NCBI RefSeq assembly: GCF_006345805.1
Contig: NC_043009.1
Location: 27,528,001-27,592,000, forward strand
Source: Octopus sinensis
Taxonomy: Eukaryota
Length of the DNA: 64,000 nucleotides
Reading direction: 5' to 3'
Positions 51,414 through 63,862 of the stretch are shown piece after piece (the stretch's first letter is position 1; every line of letters begins with the position of its first letter). A model generated the notes under the pieces. It ran no database searches. It was given only the letters and a program-made list of their open reading frames with translations, and had not been told where the DNA came from. The translations under genes were made by a program, and so were the position numbers.

Positions 51414-52581
51414 ATATATATATATATATATATATATCAATGTATATGTACATGCTGTGCATTTGCAAGTACTTGGCAATTTATACACATAAAAAAATGA
51501 CCAACTTTTTTGAAAGAAGAGGAATAACATTATGTTAGATATATCTTAATTAAAAAAACTAAATAAATGAATAAAATAATTAAGACAGCTTGATTTATTA
51601 AATCTGTTGGAATTTAAATATATAAATCTTTTCTTCAAAAAAAATCTGTTCCACATTACAGTATGGCTAATTAACGTTTTGTGAGGATATACTACACTTG
51701 AAGTATAAATGAGCAACTCGTTAAATTTCTCACACATACACTCTCTCCCACTTGCACTCTCTCTCTCTCTCATGTAAACCCTTCAAATCTGTTGTTGTTG
51801 TTGCTATTTGGCCCTGTTCGAGCAAGTCTATGATGAGAGCTATTCCACCCATGACCATCCAATCTAACATTTTCTGTATGCAGAGAAACCAGGACAATAT
51901 TATCCAATGTGCCCGTTTTCTATGATGGCCGAGGACAATTCAAGAAATACTTTGCTGCTATTTCTAGTAGAGTGAACGACCATATGGGGGGAGGGGGCTA
52001 ACTTACTGGTTAGATCTCATCTCTGTTTATATGAATGAGAGAGAGAGAGAGGAGGTGGAAACAGAAATAAATTCTTTGATGTGACATCCAACATTAAATA
52101 TAAATAATAAATAAATAAATAAATAAATAAATGAATTAGAGCAAAATTTGAGCGAAATATATTTTTCCGAACTCTCACCTATATTCCACATCCTCAGCTA
52201 ATATTTAGACATTTTGGTGTGTTTAAATGTATTTAGAGGAATATATCAGATTTCCATGAATTTTGATTTCAAAATGAGGTTATGTATTTTCCATTACTTT
52301 AACCCATAATCCCCCAGTCTTCTTCTAAAGACAGGAAAGAGGTTTTTTTTAGCAATGAAGCATATAACTAACATTTTTTAAAAAGTTCTACAGCTTTGCT
52401 TTGCTAATTTTGACATTTAATGTGTGGGAGTATTTATGCAAAGGAAAATTGTTAAAGGGCCCACTTTTTGAGGGCTACGGAAGTGATTGCTGGTTATTGG
52501 CTGGTCAGTTCATCATAAATTATCATATGCATGAGAGACTATATGTACATATATATGTATGTATGTATGTATGTGTGTGTG

Positions 52582-52631
<50 letters not shown>

Positions 52632-52949
52632 TGTGAGTGAGCAGGTACATTTGTCTAGCTATCTTTGAGTGTGTGTGAGTGACAAGCTGGTGATTTTCAC
52701 AGAGTCAGAGGAAGTATGGAATGGTAAAAGTTCAAAGAACTGTTACTTCATTGGGCAACAAAGGGATTCTCACAGTGAATGAAGAGCAGATAGTTTAATG
52801 ATGGTGTATGAGGTGCAACATTGCACGTTAGCAAAACATGGGAAATGGACTGCAAGGAGTATGTGGAGAAGGGATACGAATGGGGCAAGTGTGTTCTGAT
52901 TATATGATGTAAATACTCAAGAACATAGAATAATGTATATATTTCCCAT

Positions 52950-53764
52950 GTTTATATGTACAGCTATGTTACAGAGCAGTGAAACATGGGCAGTGCAATG
53001 TCAGTGTGTATGTACGACAGAGTGTAAGCATCATGAGGGAAAAGCTGGGCATAAGAGGCATCAGATGTGGTGCGCAAGGGAGACGACTGCACTGATATGA
53101 TCATGTGATGCGTATGGACAATGAAAGCTGTGTAAAGAAGTGCCGATCTCTAATGGTGGAGTGAATCTATGGTAGAGGTAGACCCAGGAAGATATGGCAC
53201 GAGGTGGTGAAACATGATCTTTGAACTTTGGGCCTCATGGAGGCAGTGACAAGTGACCGAAACATTTGGCGATATGCTGTGCTTGAGAAGACCCATGAAG
53301 CCAAGTGAAATCGTAGTCATGGCTGATGCTGGTGTCGCGTAACTGGCACCCATGCTGGTGGCACATAAAAAAGCCCCTTTCAAGTATTGAGCCTCATGGA
53401 GGCAAAGAGGATGATGCTGGTGGCACATGTAAAGCACATTTTGAATGTTGGGCTTCATGGAGGTAACGACAAATGACCAAGTCTATTTGGCATTCTGCTA
53501 TGCTTGAGAAGAAGACCCATCAAGCCAAATAAAATCGCAGTTGTGGCAGATATTGGTGTCATGCAAACGGCACCCATACTGGTGGCATGTAAAAGCACCC
53601 ATTACACTCTGAGAGTTGTTGGCATCAGGAAGGGCATCCAGCTGTAGAAGGCCATACCAAGTCAGACTGGAGCCTGGTGCAACCTACTAGCTTGCTAGCC
53701 CTGGTCAAACCATCCAATCTCTGCCAGCATGGATAACGGATGTTAAATGATGATGATGATGATG
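52950..53764 (+). mobile_element. RTE-clade LINE 3' fragment: decayed ORF C-terminus (52950-53308), 3' UTR and (GAT)n tail
   Basis: Translations CTAMLQSSETWAV; MREKLGIRGIRCGAQGRRLH*YDHVMRMD; GRGRPRKIWHEVVKHDL*TLGLMEAVTSDRNIWRYAVLEK match the RTE motifs LYGSETW, RRLxWxGHV, GRPRxTW and DRxxWR. Confidence 0.85.
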
Positions 53765-53803
53765 ATACACACACATACACACACGCACACACACGTATAT
53801 ATA

Positions 53804-53983
53804 TATGAGGGGATGCTGAAAAGTTCCTGGCTTTAAATGTATAGTGAAAGGCCTGGTTGGAGGCCCAACCTTTCAAGTTCTTTTACAGGGCTGATAGGGA
53901 AATATGATGAATAAAATCATAATTAATTGGTCCTCCTGTATTTTCTTTTACCCAAAGCCAAGAACTTTCAGTACCCACTCATA
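53804..53983 (+). mobile_element. Mariner-derived MITE with both TIRs
   Basis: TATGAGGGGATGCTGAAAAGTTCCTGGCTTT ... AAAGCCAAGAACTTTCAGTACCCACTCATA, inserted in a TA run. Confidence 0.85.
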
Positions 53984-54692
53984 TAATATAAATATATATA
54001 ATATACACAATACATACATACATACAGTGTTATTTTCAATTTAGTGTACCCAGTATACAAACACACACACACACACACACGCACACACATAGAGAGAGAG
54101 AGAGGAGGAAGAAATAGAGAAAAATTGGCAGATAGAGAAAATAGATAGATAACATGCAGAAGCATATATGTGCATGTATGCATAAAAAAGTTGCAGGAGC
54201 TCTCTGCTAACAGCGAAATTCTTCTCTCAGAGAGTAAAGGGCAGACTGCACATACTACTTGTGTACACACTGCACAATATTCCATAGAAACAAAACAGGG
54301 GTCTTTAAAGAAATTAGTTGAGTTTGCTCCACTGGATATGTAACGTTGGTGTGCATCGCCATGGGAGCAAAAATATTTGGTGAGAAAAACTGTGTTTAAG
54401 CAATTAAGAGGAGTCAACCTGTGATATGCAAGAGAGGACTGCACTAGTAGAGGCATATGATGTATATGAAGGATGACAGTTGGTTAATTAAGTGCTAAGT
54501 AACCCAGGTGGAAGGAACCTACCTGCAGGAGAAGGGATCTAAGGAAAACATGTGACAAAGAAATGGGGGAAAACGATTTGGAAGATTCACTTGCAGAAAG
54601 GAGATGGACAAATGGACAAAGTGCTTGGATAATAATTGGTGAGACGCTGTGCTGGAGAAGACCTTAAGCATGGAAAAATACCATGGAATGTA

Positions 54693-55130
54693 TGATGATG
54701 ATGGTGGTGGTGGTGGTGGTGATGAAGATGACGTTGATGGTGATGATGGTGGTGGTGGTGGTTGTGGTGATGGTAGTGATGATGAGGATGATAATGATAG
54801 TGATGATGATGATGATAATGATCGAGATGGTGATGATGATGATGATGGTGGTGATGGTGATGAAGATGATGGTTGTGGTGACGATAGTGATGATGATATT
54901 GGTGGTGGCAATAGTAGTGATGATGATGATAATGATGATCAAGGTGGTGATGATGATGGTGTTGGTGGTGGTGATGGTGATGAAGATGATGGTTGTGGTG
55001 ATGATGGTGATGATGATAGTGGTGGTGGCAATGGTAGTGATGATGATGATGGTGGTAGTGTTGGTCGTGGTGGTGGTGATGGTAGTGGTGACAATGCTGA
55101 CAATGATCACGACGACGACGATGATGATTA
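54693..55130. repeat. Degenerate (GAT/GGT)n tract with a ~120-bp higher-order repeat
   Basis: Block GGTGATGAAGATGATGGTTGTGGTGA...GGTGGTGGCAAT occurs at ~54856 and ~54976. Confidence 0.9.
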
Positions 55131-55724
55131 TCAAAGATGTTGCGTAGCATGTTTGTAAATCAATGAGTCAATATTATTATTATTTTAAAGAAAAGATACA
55201 AAAATCTTTTTAGGCATTTAAAAAAAAAAGTGAAAAGCATTTCAAAAACACAACCGGAGTACCTCGGTTTATAAAAAGAAACTTATAAAAAAAACATTCA
55301 GAAAAATCATGGAGAATAAATATTTTCTCTTGTTTCTTTTTTTTATGTTATGTTTGTTTTTGTTTTTCTTCTTTTTCTTATTTATATTAGAAAAATGTCA
55401 AGATATCTAAATAGAAAAAAAGTTGTAATTTAAGTACAGTTTCAGTACACGATTTCAGGTTGAAGGAATTTTATAGATACATTTATTTATATTCTGAACA
55501 AAGGAGCCAAACAACCCGGAAGGCAAATTTGGGATCCAAAAAGATCGTTGTATTCATCTCAGCATGGGGAAAACTTCATATCAAAACAAATGATGATTAA
55601 ACATTGTTTCTGCTCTCTTCATCGACAGAATGCTTACTTATAAAAAAACACTGGAATTATTTTTGTTGTTAAGATAATATAACATTAATTCAAGCTACAG
55701 AGTTTATAAAAATAATTAATGATG

Positions 55725-55880
55725 CATGGCTGTGTGGTTAAGAAGCTTGCTATTTTTCAACCGTATGTTTTTAGGTTCAATCCTACTGCCCAGCACCTTG
55801 CCCAAGCGTCTTAACCCTGGGCTGACCAATTTAGTGTGAGAATTTAGCAGACAGAATCTGTGTGAAAACCCATTGTATCT
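55725..55880 (+). mobile_element. SINE family A, 5' half (degenerate)
   Basis: GCATGGCTGTGTGGTTAAGAAGCTTGCT...GGTTCAATCCTACTG. Confidence 0.7.
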
Positions 55881-56255
55881 ATACCTTTATACATTATATA
55901 AATCAGGGACAGGCAACTTTTCCTCAGCTGATGGCCACATCCAGTTTGGCAAAAAGAGACGGATAAAATAAATACCAGTCTATTTTTGCTTGATCAAACC
56001 CCTTCAAGGCTGTGCTCCAGCATGGCCACAATCCAATGACTGAAATGAACGATAGAAGATTCTTATGGTATGTGTTTAAGTGGTTAGAGGTGTCAGGCTG
56101 ACAACTACAAGATCCTGAATTTAGTTCTGTGGCTGAGCAGCACATTGTGTCCTTCGGGCAAGGTGCTTCATTTCATATTGTTCCAGTTTACTTAACTGAA
56201 AAAGTGTATCAATCAGTGCTGATGCAGCCCTTTCTTATCTCATCTATTACATTGG

Positions 56256-56526
56256 TAGTGGTTCCCAATCTGGGTGGTACTGCCCCCTGTAGGTGGTGGA
56301 AAGATTCAGGAGGCGTTGAAGAAAAGTGAGGGCAATAATGGGTTGGCAAAAAAGGGGGCAATGGATGTAAAGGCAAATAAAATAACTGTTTCATTAGATT
56401 AAGTTTTATTTGTCAAATACAGTTGTTTAAATTTTTCCGCAGAAATTGGTCTATGTTTGGGGGAGGGGCGCTAGAAATGTGGCCCAGGAGCCAAGGAGGC
56501 AACCTGAAAAACTTTGGGAACCACTG
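56256..56526. mobile_element. hAT (Charlie-type) MITE
   Basis: Termini TAGTGGTTCCCAA and TTGGGAACCACTG match the CAGTGGTTCCCAA TIR type. No clear 8-bp target-site duplication. Confidence 0.75.
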
Positions 56527-57351
56527 ACATACGATATGTTCCACTGAACCAAGGGTGGGTGGGTTGGTGGAGGGATGGTTGAGAGAGTGTTTATGTTTCT
56601 TTGCAACCACACAGGCACCTAAAACAATTGATGAAAGGCTCGTACAAACTTGAGAGTAACAGCCATAATTGTCTCATTTCATTATTATTTTTTGTTTTCT
56701 AAATTAATTTGATAATAGTGATGGCAGTTTAACTGTTACTAGTACATAATATGATAGAAATACGCAGTTATGGTATTAGTATTCATCAACGACAAGTAAG
56801 ATACTGCCTGGTACATCATGTTTCAACATTCAAATGCCACTGATGATGTCACTAACTTTCATTCTACTGATTTGGGTAAAATTAATCTACAAATAATAAT
56901 CTACTGAAGTGAAAATAATTTACTAACCACTCCTAGTTTTGTTTCCAGTTAAAATAAATTAGTAAGTTAGACGGACTAAAAAAAATTAGAAAGAAACAGA
57001 AAAGAAAAAGAAGAAATTAAGGTAAAGTCATTGTGAAGAAAATTTATAATAATTTGTATAATTTCTATTTAATTAACTTTTTAATTAGTAAGTGTAAAAT
57101 CATGTGATATTTCATTTAATATTTTTTGGGGAAAAGGTGCAAAGACTTGGATCTCATAAAACATTAAAATTATGTTTTAAATTGTTACATTTCAGAAAAG
57201 TAATTTACAGCCAGAAGTCATTAGACAGGAATATAATGTGTAGGTATTGATTTGTTTCAGGATGTGTATATGTGTGTAAGTGTCTGTGTATGTATATGTA
57301 TATATGTGTGTGTATGTGAGCGTGTGTATGTGTACATGTATGTGTAGGTGT

Positions 57352-57560
57352 AAGGTGATGAGCTGGCAGAATCATTAGCACAGAGGACCGATGCTAAGTA
57401 GCGTTTCTTTTGGTTTTGTGTTCTGAGTTCAAATTCTGTTGAGGTCACCTTTGTCTTTCATCCTTTTGGGGTCAATGAAATAAGTACCAGTCGAGCCCTG
57501 GGGTTGATGTAATCGACTAGCACCCATCCCGAAATTGCCGGCCTTGAGTCTATGGTAGAG
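57352..57560 (+). mobile_element. SINE family B, near full length
   Basis: GAGCTGGCAGAATCATTAGC head, B box GAGTTCAAATTC, central TCTTTCATCCTTTTGGGGTCAATGAAATAAGTACCAG (resembles a Meta-type SINE central domain; not verified). Confidence 0.85.
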
Positions 57561-58350
57561 ATGACATGTATGTGTCTGTACATATCTGTGTATGTGGACA
57601 TGCGAATGTGTGTGAGTGTGTGTGTATGTTTGTGTCTGCGAAGGAGACTTTACATGGAATGACTACAATTTGAAGTTAGACTTGTTGAATAATGTATGAA
57701 AGAAAGAAGAGAATTATGGTGAATACGTAGAAGAGTAAAGTTAATAATGTTGGACAACAGTAATGGAGATTGAGGTAATAATGGCAACATAGTGTGAACA
57801 ACATCAAATAAAAACTTAGAAATTTTGATGGCCTATGTTGTTAAAACTAACTTAATAAAGTTTGCAAATATATTTGTTTGAATTCATGTCTTCCTCACGG
57901 CATACAGATTTATTCATATATGTCAACTGTTTTAAACAACATCACCTTCCTCAGAGGAAATAATGCCATTTCTCTTCATCTTTCTGGATGAAAAGATCTG
58001 TTAATAAGATCAGAAGATGCCGAGAGAAACCTCAAATCCAATGCAACTATGTGTGACAACACACAAGTATCAACACAGAAAAGCCAGAGAAATGTTGGTT
58101 GTCACTGAAGGAGACAGGAGACCTAGATGCTGAATGAGAGTAGCGATGGGGCAGGGATGAGGAAGGTATATTGGAATTTCTTCACCTCTGGAAGTTTTGG
58201 AAGTGATGAAAATGATGTGGTAAAGATGAAGCTATAACAAGAAGAAATAGTAACAGAACAGTGGAAAATATATATAGGAATGGAGATGATCTGGACTTTA
58301 GAGTCTGATAAAATAGAGACTAGTCAACTAAAACACAGACATATGCATAT

Positions 58351-58405
<55 letters not shown>

Positions 58406-58533
58406 TATACATACAAAAATATATATATATATACTATATATATACCTATATATATGTTTGTGTATATATATACATATATGCGTATATATATGTATGCATA
58501 TATTCATACATCTATGTATATATATATATATAT

Positions 58534-58841
58534 ACGTGACCGTGGCACGTAAAAAGCACCATCCGATTGTGGCTGATGTCAGCCTCGTCTCGCCCCCGTG
58601 CCGGTGGCACGTAAAAAGCACCATCCAATCGTGGCCGTTTGCCAGCCTCGTTGGCACCTGTGCATGTGGCACATAAAAAGCACCAACTACACTCTCGGAG
58701 TGGTTGGTGTTAGGAAGGGCATCCAGCTGTAGAAACACTGCCAGATCAGACTGGGCCTGGTGCAGCCTCCCGGCTTCCCAGACCCCAGTTGAACCATCCA
58801 ACCCATGCTAGCATGGAAAATGGACGTTAAATGATGATGAT
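58534..58841 (+). mobile_element. Well-preserved RTE-type 3' UTR with a 62-bp tandem unit
   Basis: GGCAC(G/A)TAAAAAGCACC at 58544, 58606 and 58668; ends GCTAGCATGGAAAATGGACGTTAAATGATGATGAT. Confidence 0.9.
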
Positions 58842-58911
58842 ATAAATGTATGTATACATGTATGTATATATTTGTGTGTGTGTGTGTGTGTGTGTGTCTA
58901 TAAAAGAAGGA

Positions 58912-58951
<40 letters not shown>

Positions 58952-58959
58952 TACATATA

Positions 58960-59263
58960 GGAGCACTCCATCGGTTACAGCGATGAGGTTTGCAGCTGAT
59001 ACAATCAACGGAACAGCTTGCTTGTAAAATTAATGTGCAAGTAGCTGAGCACTCCACTGACACCTAGTTCTCAGGGAGATTTAGTGTGACAGAGTGTGAC
59101 AAGGCTGGCCCTTTGAAATACAGGTACTATTCATTTTTTCCAGTTGAGTGGACTGGACCAACATGAAATAAAGTGTCTTGCTCAAGGACACAACACGTCA
59201 GTGGGAATTGAACTCATGACCTTATGATCATGAGCCAAATGCCTTAACCACTAAGCCACGCAC
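58960..59263 (-). mobile_element. tRNA-headed SINE (front module 2 + tail X)
   Basis: Reverse complement GTGGCTTAGTGGTTAAGGC...GAGTTCAATTCCC...TGTGTCCTTGAGCAAGACACTT, then TACCTGTATTTCAAAGGGCCAGCCTTGTCACACTCTGT as at 9829. Confidence 0.85.
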
Positions 59264-59314
59264 TTTCACTTATATAGACACACATATGTATATATACATA
59301 AAATACATATCTGC

Positions 59315-59356
<42 letters not shown>

Positions 59357-59360
<4 letters not shown>

Positions 59361-59674
59361 TAGAAAAAAACCCACCTTTCATCAATTCAAAATGAAAAAT
59401 TAAATTACACCATCTAGAAAATTACATATAATAGAAAGATTAAATATAAGATAAAAAATATAACGATGATTAAGTAATGAACAAAATAATAAATAAAACG
59501 TATATATTTGGTATATATATACCAAATATATATGTTTTATTTATTTTTTGCTCATTACTTAATCATCATTATATTTTTTATCTTATATTTAATCTTTCTA
59601 TTATATGTAATTTTCTAGATGGTGTAATTTAATTTTTCATTTTGAATTGATGAAAGGTGGTTTTTTTCTAATTT
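59357..59674. repeat. ~318-bp near-perfect spacer-less palindrome
   Basis: The left arm (59357-59516) is the reverse complement of the right arm (59517-59674) with only about five differences; centre TTTGG-TATATATATA-CCAAA. Confidence 0.95.
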
Positions 59675-59760
59675 ATATATATATGTAATATATTTTGTGA
59701 AATTTGATTTAGTATTTCTAAATTGAATTTTTCCCTGTAAGTTTGGGATAATATTCCCTC

Positions 59761-59811
<51 letters not shown>

Positions 59812-59828
59812 GTATATGTATTTTTTAT

Positions 59829-60121
59829 GTGCCCTTTCAAGGCTAGCCAGGCTCATAGGCCCAGTTTCCTAGTTTCTATGGTGTATGTGTTCTCCCCAGC
59901 TGGACGGGACGCCAGTCCATTGCAGCGTTACTCAAGAAACAGGAAGAAAGAGTGAGAGGAAGTTGGGGCAAAAGAGTACAACAGGGATCTCCACCACTGA
60001 GCCTTGTGGAGCTTTTAGGTGTTTTCACTCAAAAAACACACGCAACGCCTGGTCTGGGAATCGAAACCGCGATCTTCTGACCACGAGTCCGCTGCTTTAT
60101 TCACTGGGCCATTGCATCTCC
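59829..60121 (-). mobile_element. tRNA-headed SINE (front module 1 + tail Y)
   Basis: Reverse complement GGAGATGCAATGGCCCAGTG...GGTTTCGATTCCC...CTTTCTTCCTGTTTCT as at 9627-9824, then GGACTGGCGTCCCGTCCAGCTGGGG. Confidence 0.85.
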
Positions 60122-60176
60122 ACATCTGTATATGTATAGATGTATATATATATGTATATATCTATATCTATCTATC

Positions 60177-60218
<42 letters not shown>

Positions 60219-60689
60219 TGTACGAATGTATGAACACCTGTACTTTGTGCATATCTTCATATGTTTATTTAGAATTTTGAATAATAAAAACACTTCAGAA
60301 AATAAGAAACACCGAGAGGAAAAGAGGAGGAGATTCTTATAGTGATACAGATGCAAACAAAAACCACTATAACAAATTAAAATAAATCATATTTAATGTC
60401 AAGTAAAATTAAATACAACATTTAAGAAATTTGAGAATCTAAATTTGATTTCATTGTAAATATGAAACAACAGTAAAATATAGCAGCAATGTCAATGATA
60501 CTTAAGAAAATATATTCCTGGAAATGTCCTGATGTCTAGTTACGCTAAATGACATCTATAGGGAATCTGTTGGTGATATAGTTTTGAGTGAATGGGAGCT
60601 AATGAGGCTCTGGGGGGAAATTATAATCTTTAAAAGGCAGAGAAACTGACAGGCAGTGAGATGTATGAAAAATGAAAACAAAGCTTTAG

Positions 60690-61245
60690 AGTGTGTGTAT
60701 GTGTGTGTGTGTGGTGGGTTGTGTGTGTGTGTGTGGTGGGTTGTGTGTTGTGTGGTGGGTTGAGTGTTGTGTGGTGGGTTGTGTGTGTCGTATGTTGTGT
60801 ATGTGTGTGTTGTGAGTTGTGTGTGTTTGTTGTGTGTTGTGTTTGTGTGTATGTGTTGTGTGTGTCTAGTGTGATGTGTGCATGTTGTGAGTTGTGTGTG
60901 TGTTGTGTTTGTGTGTTGTGTGAGATAGAAAGAAAGCGATGGAGAGAGAGAGAGAGGGATGGAGAAAGAGAGAGAGATGGAGAGAGAAAGTGAGACAGAG
61001 GAAGAAAGGAGAAGGAGAGAGAGAAGGAAAGAATAAATGGTAGTGAGAGACAGAATGTGAGAGGGAAGGAAAGAAAAAAGGAGAGAAGCAGAGAAAGAGG
61101 AGAGAGAAAAAGAGGGAATGACAGAGTGAAAGAGAGAGGAGGTGAGAGAAGGTGAAAGGGAATGAAAGAGAGGAAAAAGAGAGAGAAGTAGAGAGAGAGA
61201 AAGAAAGAGAAATGAAAATGAAGATCGAAAACAAAACAAAATAAA
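60690..61245. repeat. GT-rich followed by GA-rich low-complexity tract
   Basis: Directly visible. Confidence 0.9.
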
Positions 61246-61704
61246 CAAAAAATGGTAAGTAGTTGAGAAGAAAATGAAGTTTATGAAGAATCTGTCAATT
61301 TTATGCTTTAGGTTTTTTGACAGGTGAATAGACAAGAGGCAAATTGAGAGAGAATCCTTATAGAAATGGTTATGAGGTATTTAGTGCTGGCACGATTATA
61401 TTGTTAACAATTTGACAAAACCATTTTTTACATACCTTTTTATATATTGTGTTTTTGTTTTTTGTTTTTTTCAAAAAGAAAACCTCTTAAGAAAATTTAG
61501 TTTTGAATGCTGAAAAGAAATAGTAAATTCAAGTCCAAATTACTATTAACACAATGTTTTAAAATTTATTTTATGTTTTTGATACATTAATAAATTCATT
61601 AGCATTAATGCTTTGTTTTTTTGTTTTGTTTTCATTTCTTTTTGTTTTGTTCTGAACATGAAGAACACATAAAGCCATTCTCTTGAATGTGTATTAATTC
61701 TTTT

Positions 61705-62110
61705 GTGGGAATAATGGATATCCAAACATGCATGAAGCTACAGATGCTGGTTTCAAATTTTGGCACAAAGCCAGTAATTTCAAGGCGGGGTGGTTAAGTT
61801 GATTACATCACCCCTAATGCATAACTGGTACTTATTTTATCGACACTGAAAGGATGAAAGGTAAAGTTGACCTCAGTGGAATTTGAATTCAGAGTGTAAA
61901 GATGGATGAAACATCACTGAGCATTTTGCTTGGTATGCTAATAATTCTGCCAGCTCACCCCTCCCTAAATTCTATAAGTAATATTGTTTGAATATATTGG
62001 CTTGAAAATCTCTTTTGAATAGAAAAAGTCAAAGACTTCCCATGGGACTAGAAACCCACATCTCCTGTTCACATGACAGATGTTTTACCACTGGACCAAA
62101 GTAATCCTTC
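61705..62110 (-). mobile_element. Foldback family copy in reverse orientation, interrupted by SINE B (61746-61960), with tRNA-like core at ~62030-62105
   Basis: Reverse complement TGGTCCAGTGGTAAAACATCTGT-CATGTGA-ACAGGAGATGTGGGTTTCTAGTCCCATGGGAAGTCTTTGACTTTTTCTATTC aligns with 62320-62400. Confidence 0.65.
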
Positions 62111-62203
62111 AGATTTCTCCAATTTAGAAACTTTATTCTCACCAATGAGAATCATATGTTGTTGACATAAGAATCTGATAAGCTTTGAGAGAATGAGAAT
62201 TAA

Positions 62204-62470
62204 TTCTTTTTGGGAATAGTGGATCTTGAAGCACACATAAAGCTATAAATAATCACATGTAAATATTGGGTTGATAAAACCTTTATGGATAGAAAAAGTT
62301 GAAAGCTGCCATTAAAAGTTAATGGTTGAATGCTTTCATGTCTACAAGAGATGTGGGTTCACATCCCATGAGCAGCCTTCGACTTCTATCCAAATGGGTT
62401 TTCAACCCAATGTTAATGTGTTATTATTTATAGCCTTATGTGTGCTTTGAGATTCACTGTTCCAAGAGAA
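62204..62470 (+). mobile_element. Foldback element: ~100-bp inverted arms around a tRNA-like core (62305-62376)
   Basis: Arm 62204-62308 is the reverse complement of 62373-62470 with several mismatches and small indels. The core has a T arm GTGGG-TTCACAT-CCCAT and acceptor-like GCTGC/GCAGC. Confidence 0.75.
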
Positions 62471-63611
62471 AAAATAAACGTGAAAGAATTATTTTGTGTT
62501 CTCTTGAATTCTCATGACATCAATCTCTACTGATTTTTTTTTTCCAGGCTGAGATATATTTATAACATTTATTTATAGGAAACCTTTTAAAAACGATCTA
62601 CGAGAGAAATAACTGAAAAAAAAAATGAAACATAAAAAATAAACAAGAAACACAAAAACCTCCTTTTATTGAACACATCCAACAAATAACGATGGTGTTG
62701 ATGATGACAATGAGGAAATAATTACTTCAGTGATTAAGAAGTAAAAAGGAAATGTTCAGTTAGATGTATGAACATGGAAAATTTGGTAAATGTAATTCAT
62801 CTCAAGAAATACAGACATTTATTGCCAATATTATTTCTTTCTCCTTCCACAACAAACACACACACACATACACACACACAAACCCAATTATAGTGATAGA
62901 TGAATATTTTATATACAAGCAAGCAATTCCTTCCAGTTAATAATTCATTTATTGTAGGAATCTAACAACTGATTTACATTTTAGCCAAATCCTATTTGGT
63001 TTATTCTAAATTACTAAAAACCTGGATAGTTGTTTAGGTTTACAGTAATTCAATTTGGCAATGTTTAGTATTTTTTAACTAGTTTAGTGTATAAACATTT
63101 TAAATTGCAGTGATGTACTGCTTTTATGGTAACTACTGGCAATGGCAACGTAGTGTAGAGGACTATATATTAATTTGATATTAATATTTTACATTAACAA
63201 AATACAGCTAATACACCTGTAATTAATTAAATTAGACGGCAGGAACACGTTATTAATAAGCAAATCAGTCAATCCAATTTACTTCAGCCTCAGTATAGAT
63301 GAATTTATAAGAAGTGTTTCTGAGGTTAGTTAAAGAGGGTACTCAGTTGCTTGAGATATTCCAACACAGGATTGAAACCAGTTCAGTTGATACCTCTTTT
63401 TATGTCTTACAGTGTTGGCTAAAATCTATTGTGCAGGATAGCATTGAAACAAAACACAGTCAAGATACTAGTAAATACTTTGATATATGTTTTGGAACAA
63501 TGGATATTGAAGCAGATAAAGCTATCAATAGTAATATCTAAACATTGGGTTTAAAAGTTTTTAAATAGAAAAGGTTGTCAACAACAACAACACACACACA
63601 CACGTAAACCA

Positions 63612-63862
63612 CATCAGTGCTGGTGCCATGTAAAGAGTGCTGGTGCTGGTACCACATAAAAAGCACCTGATACACTCTATAAAGTGGTTGGCATTAGGAA
63701 GGGCGTCCAGCTCTAGAAACCATGCCAAAACAGACAATTAGAATCTGGCTCAGTTCTCCAGTTTTACCAACTTCTGTTGAATCGTCCAACCCAAACCAGC
63801 AAGAAAACAGATGTTAAATGTTGATGATGAGGATGATGATGATTATGATGATGATAATGATG
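63612..63862 (+). mobile_element. RTE-type LINE 3' tail with (GAT)n end
   Basis: ACACTCTATAAAGTGGTTGGCATTAGGAAGGGCGTCCAGCTCTAGAAACC...CGTCCAACCC...GATGTTAAATGTTGATGATG. Confidence 0.85.

Noticed and set aside
63314-63541. 75-aa plus-strand ORF with protein-like composition
   Set aside because: No ATG start, no convincing acceptor and no motif; not supportable without a homology search.
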